Source: Toensbergia leucococca (lineage: Eukaryota). Taken from it: DNA of 64,000 bases. A model generated the notes under the pieces. It had not been told where the DNA came from and made no database searches. It saw only the letters and a list, made by a program, of their open reading frames with translations. A program made the position numbers and the translations under genes. Of this stretch, positions 1-11,899 are shown piece after piece. Within the stretch, counting starts at the first letter, position 1, and every line of letters starts with the position of its first letter. The stretch spans positions 62,001-126,000 of the forward strand of contig JALDZS010000020.1 in assembly GCA_022813965.1 (NCBI GenBank). The letters run 5' to 3'.

Positions 1-604
1 CCCTTGGATCTCAATGATCTTCCCAATCAGCTGATCTAGTCTCTCTGTGACCTGCTGCGCCGACCTATCACATCAGCATTACCTCTCCGCATATCCATCA
101 AGAAAAGCACCTACTCCCCACCCTCGCACCCATCCCGCCAAATATCCCACCCCTTCCCATCCAAGCCCCTTTCCTCCCTCCCCTGCCTGATCTCCTTCGT
201 TAGTAATCCCTCATACTTCCCATAATCCCACTCCGCAAGCTCTTCGGTAGTTATCACTTTACCCACGCCCCTCAACTCCTCCCCACTTCCAGCAGCATCG
301 TCAAAGAGTAAATGAAAGGTCTTTTGAGCTCTCTGTCGAGGGCTGACAAAGACACATGCGAGTTTTACTGGGTCTATTAATCTGCCTCGCCCCACAAGAA
401 ATCCTCCAGTGTTGGTCACCTGGGCTACACCGTTGGCCGTCAGGGGAAGATCGGTCTTGCCCGTGAAGCGGCCGTTGATGGTCCATTCTGTCTCTCCTGC
501 CGTGAGTGTTAGTTGCAGGGGATGCAAGCATATCTCCCATCGGACTTGTGCTGACCATGGCGGACAAGATATACTCGAGGTGTGCTGGCGTCTTTGTCGG
601 ACAT
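1..604 (-). CDS. Histidine phosphatase / phosphoglycerate mutase family, sedoheptulose-1,7-bisphosphatase (SHB17)-like; runs off the window edge
   Basis: ATG at 604 reads MSDKDASTPRVYLVRH|G ETEWTINGRFTGKTDLPLT. The RHG motif is split by intron 555-497 (GTCAGC..CAG). Downstream motifs are SPRQRA, EWDYGKYEG and WRDGCEGGE. After the second intron (113-65) the frame continues SAQQVTERLDQLI. Confidence 0.85.
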
Positions 605-947
605 GACGGGTATAAATCGCCTGGACTACCTGAGCATTGACAAAGCATACAATACACGGGCTCCTACGGTGATCACAGAGCAAAGACATTGATCAGCAGC
701 AATGCTACTATCTACAAACGCTAGCTGCTAGACAGCTAGCCCAATGCAAACTGTACCTTAGGCATGTGGTTTTCATACAGTATTTGTGCCTCTGTTTATG
801 AGACTATCATTGGCGGTGCTTTGTTGTTATTTATTCAATATGCGGACTCCGAAGTGTATGTTGAGTACTTTTACAGGAAGCTTGCCGTAGATGATCAGGC
901 AGGGGTGCCAAAGATCTCTACTCGAATGATAAACAATAATCAATCCC

Positions 948-2608
948 TCAGTGTGAAGCCTCGGACTCTCCCCTCCTCAAAGCCAGAACGGCTCGGACAT
1001 CAGTGACGTATTGCAGGGCTTCGAGGACGGGGATCAGATGCAGGAGGTCGTTATCCGTAGGATCATTGATCCAACCCTCTATAGGGATCGCATTGTCTGC
1101 GCAATAACCTTCAGTCCCACTTCTTTTACGTGTTTAACGCTTTGCTTACCTTCATGGAAAATGTAGCTTAAAGGGCTGTTGTCAAGTATCATAACCTTGC
1201 TCAGATCGGGCTCGACCGAGCTAAGGTCTTTGATATATGCCCCATTCCTGAATGTGCAGTGCTGACGGTAGTAGCGCCCTGAAAAATACTTCCGCTCTTG
1301 CTCTAACCAGTCAATAACGGGATCCGCATACTCTTGTACCGAAGCTGTGAAGACAACTAGATTGTACCATTTGCAGACTTTGCGAAGAAATTCATCACAG
1401 TGCGGACGCTTATGTACGTAGTAAAGAATTGGATGTTGTGGCCCCAGGGTAGCGCCTCCGAATCCAACAGCTGTATTGAGTTTAACTTCGACCATATGAC
1501 CACTGCTCATTCTGCCACCCTTGGCAAGACTGTGTATCAAAGTCTCATCTAAATCAATAACTAAGGTCTTCTGTCCCAGTTTAGTGGAGACAAGTGGAGA
1601 GGTGAGTGAAGAATAAGATGGTTGTCGTCTTGGGATCAGGGGTCGTGGAGGGGCGGGTGCACGAGGATACTTGGTCATCCGCAGGGATGATGTTGGCGAC
1701 GTCGGCGACTTGAGGTTCGATATAGTGATTGTGGGCTGTTGAATGGCGGAAGAACCCGTAGAATCAGCGCCTGCATCCGCGTTACCTTGTGACCTCTTTG
1801 ATTTCCGTCGCCGGGCCGTGTCTTCGTTGTAGAGTTTTATCCGAATTGATCGTCTCGCTGGGGTGACATCCTCGGATGAAGACGTCGCTTGGGTTCTTGG
1901 TCGAGATGCTGATAGATTGTCTTTTGCATGACTTCCTGAGTTCTCTAGTTCCGAGTCCGAGGCAGCCGAAGAGAAAGAGTTACTCGATCGAGGTTGAGGT
2001 CGCTCTGTATTCGCTGAAGCTTTCCGGCGTGCATTCTGTTTACTTGTTTTTGTGCGATTTGTGCTACTTGATGATCCTGAGAGACCAACGGCCTGTGCTG
2101 TAGAACCATGTCCATTTCGTTTGAAGAAAGTTCGACTCAGCTTACGGGCAGGGACTAAAGGAGAGAAGCGCCCTCTATCATCGTAGAAGCACCTGACTAC
2201 GTAGGTTCCGGGTGTAGCCAGCGTTGAAAGCACCCACTTTAAGGACTCAGCAAGGGCATCCACAAGTCTTTTTGCGACGATGTGCAATTTGCTATGCTTG
2301 AAATCCGAGTTTGAGATCAATCGTGGTTCAACTATCAGCGGAGTTTTTTCGTCCAGTTGATTTGTGGGGTCCTCGACAGCCCCTAAACTAACGGCATCAT
2401 CGTCAACTGTGTGCGTCTCTTTCTCCCCAAGCGTATTTAGGAGGGCTTCCTTATCGTGTACGCTTGCGCTTGCACTACGTTTCGGCTGTCGCTCAGAGAG
2501 CGCATTGGTGCGACTGCCCTCACTGAGCGATCTTGACCGTGGGGCTGGCACCTTTGGCGGTGGAGTTTGGCCAATGACGTGAGCAGAAAGAATATTCAAC
2601 GAGTTCAT
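948..2608 (-). CDS. NEM1: Nuclear envelope morphology protein Nem1-like NIF/CTD phosphatase
   Basis: DLDETLIHS HAD motif plus VHKRP, FTASVQEYAD and DNSP. Intron 1149-1097 (GTAAGC..CAG) joins a last exon DNAIPIEGWINDPTDNDLLHLIPVLEALQYVTDVRAVLALRRGE; stop at 950-948. Confidence 0.9.
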
Positions 2609-3275
2609 CGTCCTAACGGAGCCATAGAGTATTGTGCCGAACTCACAATGCCTATTTGGAATTAGTTAGAAGGTCAGTTGCGATGACTCATATTTCCAGG
2701 TTCTGCATGACATGTTTACCCTGGCTCTTTGACGGCTGCCTCCAAGCAGATCTCGGGCTGTTTCGCAAAGTTGAGTCTCCGGACACCACACCCTCTAGAA
2801 TATCCAAGGCGAGCCGGCTGGTTATGCTCCTATTGAGGAGTGGTCAATGTCTAGAGAGTTCGTGGAGTGAATGTTGTGAATTGTGAGTATCAAGTCAAGT
2901 GGGGTGGTTGGCGGAAGGTTCGAGCTCGGATTTCTGTTTCTATTGGATCCTTCCGCCGCAACCCAGAAGCACGGACCCTCGGACCCTTCCACTCCACCCC
3001 CCTCATCGTCATTCTTATTTTCATACTCGGTATGCTGCCACATTAATCCGAATATCAAAAGAGATCATTCTTTATGAGATCATTGTGCCATCATTTTCAT
3101 GATTTTAGCGCACTCCCTCCACTGCTCCATATCTTAGAGGTACCACGGAAGAAAGGACCATGATCGAGTTGGCCTCCAACATCGAGAAAATATTATTTGC
3201 ATAGGTTACACCTAGGCAAATTACTCTCTAGAACTTCGTCTGCCCTTGCACGCCAAGTATAGAATACGTAGTATC

Positions 3276-4893
3276 ATGCCCTCTTCAGCTGGGACTACGA
3301 CGCCAGGGCTCACGAATTTCTTGAGCGGGCTGAAAAGTAGCCCGGTTGAGTCATCCATAGAGCATTTCATATCGCAAGTTCCTGGCCATTCCCGGTTTAC
3401 TAGAGTGAGTCGCTGATCTAAGAAGTCTTCTTAAACGCCGGCAAATCCGCAACTCAAGACCATGTGCAATTGCAACAGCACACCTAATGCGTCGAGTTGT
3501 AGCTGCATTTCGAATCGCGGACATTGCAAGACTCATTGAACGAGTGCAGCAAGTTGGACAAAGACTGACTTCAGCTCAACCGAAAGAGATTGCAGTAGGA
3601 AACATTGTCCGCCGAATTCTGCGCGTCATCCGAGACGAGGCAGAAGAAGACCGAGACGGGGAGACCAGCGGCTATAGTGATGCAGGTACAGAAAGTCGAC
3701 CACATACACCGCGAGAGAACGATCTACGCTCCGCCCAAAGGGCTGGGTTCTCTCCTGGTATATCGACGTTGAGCCCCTTGCGCCATGGTGATGTTGAGAG
3801 TCAGGATGTGCTGACCCTAAATAATGCCTCCTCTTTTGACGACGTCTTCGGAGCGGATGGAATGGAAGCATCACAGAGACCACCACTCCTGACTTCTCAC
3901 ACATCATACGCAGTCAGCAATACCGCACCTATGGTGACGTCCATGTTCAGTCTTCTGTCTCATCCTGCTTCGAGCGCACATTCGCCTACAGCCACCCCAG
4001 GCACCCAGTCTCCAGCGAATCGCTCGTCTCTAAGTGCCCAGGCCTTGTCGATTCACAGTGCAGCCAAAGAACTCAGAGCCGAAGTCGTTGAAGGCATTGA
4101 AGAAATCATCGATGAACTCAATCAGGTAGATGACCAAATAGCTGGCTACGCCCTCGATCATATCCACTCGAATGAAATCATCCTCACACACACATCTTCA
4201 GTAACAGTCCAAAAATTCCTTCTCAAAGCAGCCGCCAAGAGAAAGTTCACAGTCATCCACGCAGAAGCGTTCCCCAATAACCACGAAGCTACTCATGCCA
4301 CCGTCATTGGCAGTTCGAAAGGCGATGCCGAAGATGAATTAGACGCCGAGGCATTTCAAAAACCCTTGACTGGGGCTGGTATCACCGTAATACTAATCCC
4401 AGACTCAGCTGTGTTTGCCCTCATGTCCCGAGTCAATAAAGTGATACTCGGTACTCACGTGGTGCTTGCCAATGGAGGGCTCGTTACCGCAGCAGGAGCT
4501 AAAGCCATAGCTAAAGCAGCGAGTGTGCATCGCACCCCTGTGGTTGTGATTACTGGAGTTTATAAGCTCAGTCCAATTTACCCGTTCGACTTTGACTCTT
4601 TGATAGAATACGGAGACGCGAGTAAGGTATTCGGCTATGAGGATGGAGACCTAGTGGATAAAGTTGATGTGGAAAATCCATTGTTTGACTATGTACCTGC
4701 CGATTTAGTGGACCTCTACATTACGAATCTGTGAGTGCCCGATCTTTCTCTAGGACCTAAAGCACGTGTATGCTCAGTCTCGCTGACTCTTCAACCAAGG
4801 GGCGGCCATGCTCCCTCTTATCTGTATCGTATTGTGTCGGATCACTATCGAATCGAGGATACGATTCTTAGTAAGGTCGATTCATATCGATGA
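3276..4893 (+). CDS. GCD7: Translation initiation factor eIF2B beta subunit
   Basis: Motifs AQPKEIAVGNIVRR, HIHSNEIILT, DSAVFALMSRVNKVI and NPLFDYVP. Exon 1 starts at ATG 3276, followed by GC-AG intron 3374-3425. Intron 4731-4799 joins the last exon GGHAPSYLYRIVSDHY; stop at 4891-4893. Confidence 0.93.
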
Positions 4894-6653
4894 TACCCTC
4901 TGCTGAACACTCTGATGCTGAAATCGTAAGTTGTTCGGCTACTATAGAATATCCTTAGCAAGACTCACTTGAAGCTCGCATGTTTTGATATCATCAACAG
5001 TATGATAAACCTCGTTTAAGAATCAGCTCCCACACAAAATCAATCCCTTATAAATACACACGCCACAAAGACTAGCCGCAGATGCAAAGCTTGCGTACCT
5101 AATGGTTTCCTCATAAGATCATCAAAAGCAACCTGGAGCAGTGTTCAGATACTCAATCCAGCAGTCCATGAGAATGGCGGCTTATGTTGAAATTGCGCAT
5201 GTTTGACGAAGACGCAAAGTTCGCAATACTTGACTTGTGGCTTTGACTTCTCAATCGAGTGTTCCTATATTGACTGGACTCATCCTTGCTCAACTTGAGA
5301 TGTAGGCTCCTACTTCCCGGCAACGTGGCCTGCAAAACCCTAACTATATCTCTCGAGTATCAAAAGTTACCATCGGCATCCAAGATATCTCACAGCTGTT
5401 GTTCAAACTTCTGCTATGTAGAAATGACAAAAATGCCTGCCGCCGTGGCATCTAGGTAGCTTTCATACGTGCGTATGTCATACGTGGTACACAAATAGCA
5501 CCACTTAGCACCTTTGTCTCAAGCGTACGTGATCCACATGTCGGAACATTATAGATCTATACTTGAGAGTCTCTGTTGCACCTAGGTAGAGTCGAGGAAG
5601 TGTTGGGCCAGGCAGGATGAGGCTAGTCGAATTCGTTGCTTCCCGGACACTCACACACCGTGAACCGGACTGCAGTCTTGCAGACAACAAGGTAATTACA
5701 GTTTTACTGTACCTTGATCAGTACATAGTTTGCAAGCATGTGCTCAAGTGAAGTATTTAGTGACGCTGCAAATTGTATGATACGGATGAAATGAGAATTT
5801 GAGTGTGGTGGCTGAAATTTGACTGCATAATGCGCTGGGTGTCTCAGGTCTTTTCAGTTCTTGCTAAGTCCTCAATCTGCGGTCTTCTCAGGCTTTCTGT
5901 CTCCCAGCAGGTCATCCACAAAACATTCCAGAAAAAGGAGCCACACCATATACCGAAGAGAAACCATGGACGCGTCAGGAACCTTCGTGCTGTAGCTAGT
6001 TTCCTCGCTAATCAACTTGTTCGCCACTGCCATTGACCTCAAGTCTAGGGAACTTGTAGATTAAGGTTCCATGAAGTGGAGCTACACAAAGGGTACAATT
6101 TTACTCAGTGGAACCAAGAATCTGACTGCTCATTGAATTCGTGCAGGCCTTCTTGCTATCCCAAGTGCCATCAGCAGGACGATTCTTGACAGGCCAGGTT
6201 TCTCATACTCGGCATTTAGATGTGAAGCATCCCTCTTCAATGGCCTGATGCAGGATGTCTGCAAGTAGGCGAGAACCACAAAAAGACAAGTTGCAGTCAG
6301 ACCTTTTACCATTGTTGCATCATTGACAACCCTTCGGAGAGATGATGAGATAAGAAAGGTTTTTTTTGGAGGGGAGAGGAGATGTTGTGTGTAGACGAAG
6401 CAACGACGAAGTGCACGAAACAGCGAGCTGCGAGGAACACACCTTAAATCTGATTCATGTTCTGATCTGGTTTGAATCAATATTATGGTTACTAGGACCT
6501 TTGGCTAACCCTAGAGTATCAAAATAGAGAGAAGTCCGGCATGGCTTCGTATGCAGAGGGAGAACGTTCATCGACTGAAGAAGCTATTCATATGAGTGGA
6601 GTACGAGGTCATTATTTAAAGTACGAGTACGAGTAGAATGGCACGAATGGATA

Positions 6654-6923
6654 TAATATTCGGAATGGCCAACGTAGGAACTGCGCCTTAGCATGAACAT
6701 CAAGAAATTGTGAATTTCATCTATACTCGTAATCGAATAACAACGTTAATGATGTTCTATTGAGGTGTTGTAGCCATGGAAGTCGTTTCCTTATTATGCT
6801 CTAGCATCAGTAGCATCCTCTCCTCTAGGCTCTCTGGAATATTAATGGGTTGATATTCTATGCTATGATTTAGAAGATCCTACGTTGACTCAGAATTCCC
6901 TACGTTAGCCATTCCGAATACTG
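6654..6923. mobile_element. Putative MITE / non-autonomous DNA transposon relic (~270 bp)
   Basis: TATTCGGAATGGCCAACGTAGG (6657-6678) is the reverse complement of CCTACGTTAGCCATTCCGAATA (6899-6920) with 1 mismatch. The right end reads CAGT on the minus strand. The interior is AT-rich and non-coding. Confidence 0.6.
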
Positions 6924-7375
6924 TTGAATACCGGAAACCATCTATTAGATCTTACAAAAGCTACAGCACCGTCAGGACTTTTCTCTTACACTTAAAAACT
7001 CAGGAGTATATAAGCTTATCATACATGATGCCTACAAATAATTTTGAGCTTTCAGATCATTATTGTTGTTGCGCAAATACTGTCACAATAGCTGTGATTC
7101 TCAAGTTTTGGAGGTGTTAAGATTCCGGTATTCAATTGTCACCGCGAGGGAGAGTACGGCACGTGATGTCACTCAAATTCAGGGTCTGAGGGGTCAAAAT
7201 TAGAGTTGAAATGTGTTTTAATTGTCAGGCTCTGGGCGTGTAGAACAGCGTGGAGCGTGAAGCACTCATTGTTACAAATGTATTAGTATTTCAACAACTT
7301 TTCTATCTTAGTTTATAGATCAATGAACTCCGTTGTTGGCTTCTACATTATCTAGGTGTCCAAGTCTCCATCTTT

Positions 7376-10166
7376 ATGGATTTCCTCAAGTCTGCCGTGG
7401 CCTCGGCGATATCCAAAGGGCCGCCATTTCCTTATACTTTCGGTGATAGAGTGGATGTGGATCAGTCAATTTGGGCTCTACATAACGGCACCAAGCGAGT
7501 ATGCTTTTGCCAAGCATCCCATGTACATGTCCGCGACTGTCGCTGACTGGGACCAATGTTAGGATGATGGCTCGGATTGTAGCATATTCACGTTCGATAT
7601 CACTGCCAGCAGCTCTCGCCTTCCACTCGCTCGTAATGCCGTACGGAAACTCCGAACATTGAGACATCCTGGAATTATAAAGGTGTTCGACACTGTTGAG
7701 GTAGTTCTGGATGCCACTCAGGTCGGTCGCCGATGCACGGTCTGATAAGAGTACTAGACGGAAACGTACATATATGTAGCCACGGAGCGTGTAGTCCCAT
7801 TGCCATGGTTTTTACGGAGGAAGAGCCTAGCAATTGAGACTTTGAAATGGGGGCTTTACACAATTGCGGTACGTCCCAAGCATCGGTAAATGGTAAGCGT
7901 CCTAAGGTCCTACGCAGAACACCCTGGCGTTTATCAACGATGAAGCCTTGTCTGTACATGGAAGTGTACGGGCCTCCTCTATATTCACGAGTCAGAGCGG
8001 AGAATGGAGATTAGGGGGACTCGAGGTCCTTAGTTCAATGAAGGATGACGATGCTAATATATATGTCAGCCTCACTCACACGCCCTTGATAGTCCTCTCA
8101 CTGACTCTTCGGGAAGGCTCACGGGAGTCTCGTTCCCCAATATTTGCGCTATGCTCCTCCTGAAATATTAAAGTCGGGATGGGAGACAATCAAGCGAAAC
8201 CCAATATCAGCGGTCGACTCTTATGATTTTGCAATCTTGATATTCGAGGTGTTCAATGGCAGCTTTGGAGTGGAAGAGATTGGGAAAACCCAGAATATTC
8301 CCCCGAGCATGCACCAAAGCTACAAGCGGCTCTTGAATGCCAACCCTAAAGCTAGGCTGAGTGTGTCTCATTTCAGAGACCAGGGTCGAAGGAATGGCGG
8401 GTTTTTCGAAACGCCACTAATCAAGTTGTCAGAAGGGATTGAGAATCTTGGACTGAAGAGCAACGGCGAAAGAGAAGACTTTCTGAGGTGCTTGAAATCA
8501 AATGGCTGACAACACGATCTGCTAATTGGATTGTAGCGAACTAGACGGAGTTTCCGAAGATTTCCCTGAAGAATTCTTCCAGATGAAGGTTCTGCCTGAA
8601 CTTCTCAAATCAGTAGAATTTGGAGGTGGGGGCCCAAAAGTATTCGATACCGTTTTGAAAATCGGGATGAGACTTTCAGAAGATGAGTATAACTCAAAGA
8701 TTACACCTGTAGTTATCAGGCTCTTTGCAAATCCAGACCGAGCTATCCGCGTATGCTTACTCGACAATCTTCCCCGCATGATTGACCATTTGTCTCAGAA
8801 AGTCGTGAATGATAAAATTTTCCCCCAGATGGTATGGAATTGCCTTTGTTCGCATTGATCCACTAGGTAGGTCTTTGCTGATAGAGCTAGGCTACTGGCT
8901 TTACAGACGTAGCACCAGTGGTCCGCGAGCAGACAGTGAAGGCAACTCTGACGATCATCTCCAAGCTTTCGGATCGAGTTATCAACGGCGAGATGCTGAA
9001 ATGCCTTGCAAAGACGTCTAATGACGAGCAGCCGGGCATTCGTACCAACACTACCGTTTGCTTGGGAAAAATAGCACGTAATCTTGGGGCAAATGCATGT
9101 ATCATCAGTAATTCTCTCCACAAAGTTGATGCTAACACATAAAGGCAGACCAGACAAAAGGTCCTGATAAATGCTTTTGGGCGATCATTAAGAGATCCTT
9201 TCGTACATGGACGAAACGCGGCCTTGCTGGCGCTTGCAGCGACATCAGATTTGTTTAGCGAGGATGACTGTGCAAACAAGATCTTACCAGCGTTATGTCC
9301 ATCTCTGGTTGATAAGGAGAAGTTAGCATCCGGGTGCATATCCCATGGGTTAGACGTTTCTGCTGACCTAAGAAAGGATTGTTCGTGAACAAGCTAGTAA
9401 GACTCTTGATACCTACCTTCAGCGTGTACGAAAGTATGGGAACTCATTGCCAGATTCGATCTTGCCTGCACCTAATGTGGGCGTTGCGAACGGCAATGTA
9501 CCACGAATAGGCACACCACAGAATGATACTTCATGGGCTGGGTGGGCCATTTCATCTTTTACAAATAAGCTCGCTACAGCCAATGGCGAAATTCAGCCAA
9601 AATCAAATGGCACACAGATCATTCCAAGAGCAGGCAGACCTCACGTACCGCCTACCCTCGACTCAAGTCGCCCAATATTCCCCGCTGCATCAGCTTCCAC
9701 CACACTCCATCGACAGGCTCTGTCAAAGCCTTCGCCTCCAGTATTGACGAGAACGCCGACAGACCAATTCTTTGGCGACGCTCAGGCCGAAGACGACGAG
9801 GTTGACGACGCATGGGGAGAAATGGAGGAGGACTCGTTCTTCGATGCGCCATCAGAAGCTACGCCTGCAATTGTCCCGAAGCCATTTGAGGACGGCGGAG
9901 AACCTGACTTCGGGGCCTGGCTATCTGCACAAGCCAGGCCTAAGGCACCTTTGCCTAAGGGGCTGACGAAGACACTCCCCCTTAGCAACGGAAGACAAGC
10001 AGTTGCAAGGAGTACAACCACTGGAAGCTTGGGTCCAGGGGCAGGGGCCAAAAAACTTGCGAGTACTACAGTGACCTCCAACAGAAATCACGTCTCTGCA
10101 AAAGTGATTGATACAAAACCCAAAGAAATTGTAGCTGATGACGATTGGGGTGATGCATGGGATTAA
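7376..10166 (+). CDS. CEX1: SCY1-like pseudokinase with HEAT repeats (Cex1/SCYL1 family)
   Basis: Starts MDFLKSAVASAISKGPPFPY; contains LRTLRHPGIIKV, SGEWRLGG, DRAIRVCLL, DEQPGIRTNTT and a C-terminal DDDWGDAWD. Eight introns inferred, one of them GC-AG (9095-9148). Confidence 0.88.
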
Positions 10167-10416
10167 AGCCTTTGCTTATGGTATTCAAGCTCATCATTCT
10201 GCTGTATTTGCTGTATTTTACGGAGGCTAAGCGGCATTATCAAGGATCGGTATTGCATAGGAGACCTTGATGGTCAAACGTTTCCAGGATTCAAATAAAA
10301 CTGCCGGTATGTGAGACGGATGCTCGCCATTAATTCAGAGACCTTGAATTCCAGATTGGGTATTCCCCAGCGCCGCCGCTACATTCATAGATGTGATGAT
10401 ATATCAACAAGCTGTC

Positions 10417-11579
10417 TTAACGAGTCTCGGAGTAATCATTTAACGCCACGCAGACCGCCCCTCTATGATGCCCATTGTACTGCCTAATGACTGTTTGAGT
10501 GCTTAGCTCCCACAAACGTGCGTAGTGATCTGAGCAAGCGGTGACGAGGTAGGCACTATCAGCACTAAAGGCACAGTCCCACACCCAACGCTGGTGGTCA
10601 GTCAAAGACGTCTCAAGCGGGAAAGCTCCCGGTTGACGTTCAGTAGGTAAATTTTCGTTTCCAGTGATGTTGTGTGGGGCCGAGGGATCAACAGACCAGA
10701 TACGCGCATTGTGATCTGCAGAACAAGTCGCTAAGTGACGCACGTCGGGGCTCAAGAGAACACGAGTGATGTACGCTGAATGAGCCATAAAGGACGTTAC
10801 TGGAATGAGGGAAGTTACATCGCGATTCTGGATCATACGCCAGACATAAACGTTGCCCTAGGTTCAATTCAGCTGGGTCTCAATGAGTATCCTAGAAGAC
10901 ATGAAGTGAAGGCTTAGGGCAAGGGGATAGAAGTACGTAGAAGTGAGTGGAAGGAGAGCGTGGAGGACTGAGCATACAGAGTTATTGCCAGCACATAGAA
11001 GGGTACCATCGCTCGCAACTGTCACGCTGGAAACAGCAACATCTTCCTCGGGGATAAGCTGGTGGGTACACTTGTTTTCGCCGAGGTCCCAAATTCGAAC
11101 GTTCCCGCCACGATCGCAAGAGATCAATTCACCTTGATTGGGATGAATAATGACGTCGTTGACGGGAGATCCATGAGTATAGTTGCGCTGGATACTACCG
11201 GTGCGAGTATCCCAAATCTTGACAGTCCCATCCTCAGAGCTTGTGACTAGCCATTTACCCTCGCAATGAAAGGCCACGCCGGTGATGTTACCACTGTGAC
11301 CGTCGAAAGCGATGAGGGGACTTGGATTGGTGGAACGAATGTCATAAATTTTGATGTTGTGGTTCCCCGCTGCAGCCAAGAGACGCTTGTCGGGTGAGAT
11401 GCTAAGGCGGTTGACTTGGGAGTCCGGGTGCTGGATTGTGCGAGAACAGATGCCTGAAAGAGCTTCCCAGAAACGAATGGTGTGGTCATAACCAGCTGTT
11501 GTTGCGCATCAGGCTCATCCATAGCGCAGTTGATGGAGAGTCTCAAGTAGGACTTACCGGTGCAGAGAATCACACTCAT
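10417..11579 (-). CDS. LST8: TOR complex WD40 subunit Lst8
   Basis: MSVILCT|AGYDHTIRFWEALSGICSRTIQHPDSQVNRL, HQRWVWDCAFSADSAYLVT and GHHRGAVCVALND; two GT-AG introns. Confidence 0.95.
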
Positions 11580-11899
11580 GTTGGTAGGGATTACTGATTG
11601 TACCTGACATGAAGTCGTGGATATGTCATTATTCGGAATATTGATCAGGCGGCTAGCGTCTCTTAGCCGCTGAGCTAAAATTCCTGTGGCTTCAACAGTC
11701 TCATAACCCTGACTACGCAGCAGCTCGTAAACATGGTACACCTCCGAAACCTCGAAATTCATATCCTGGCGCACGATCTGTGCATGTGTTGGAGGGTGCG
11801 AGTCTCCTAGACTTGACGTTACTGATCCTTTTGTGCCGACGGGTGGGTGACATAGCTACCATGTGGCTGGTTCATCTGAACCCACGTCAGCTTTGATTA

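Noticed and set aside
6568..6583. 16-bp match TCATCGACTGAAGAAG shared with 28221-28236
   Set aside because: It does not extend on either side, and one such match is plausible by chance in 64 kb.
4900..6600. Short ORFs in the GCD7-CEX1 gap (likewise 49100-50300, 51000-52200, 55500-57700)
   Set aside because: No recognisable motifs or coherent splice structure; many open at GTG or TTG, which eukaryotes rarely use as starts.
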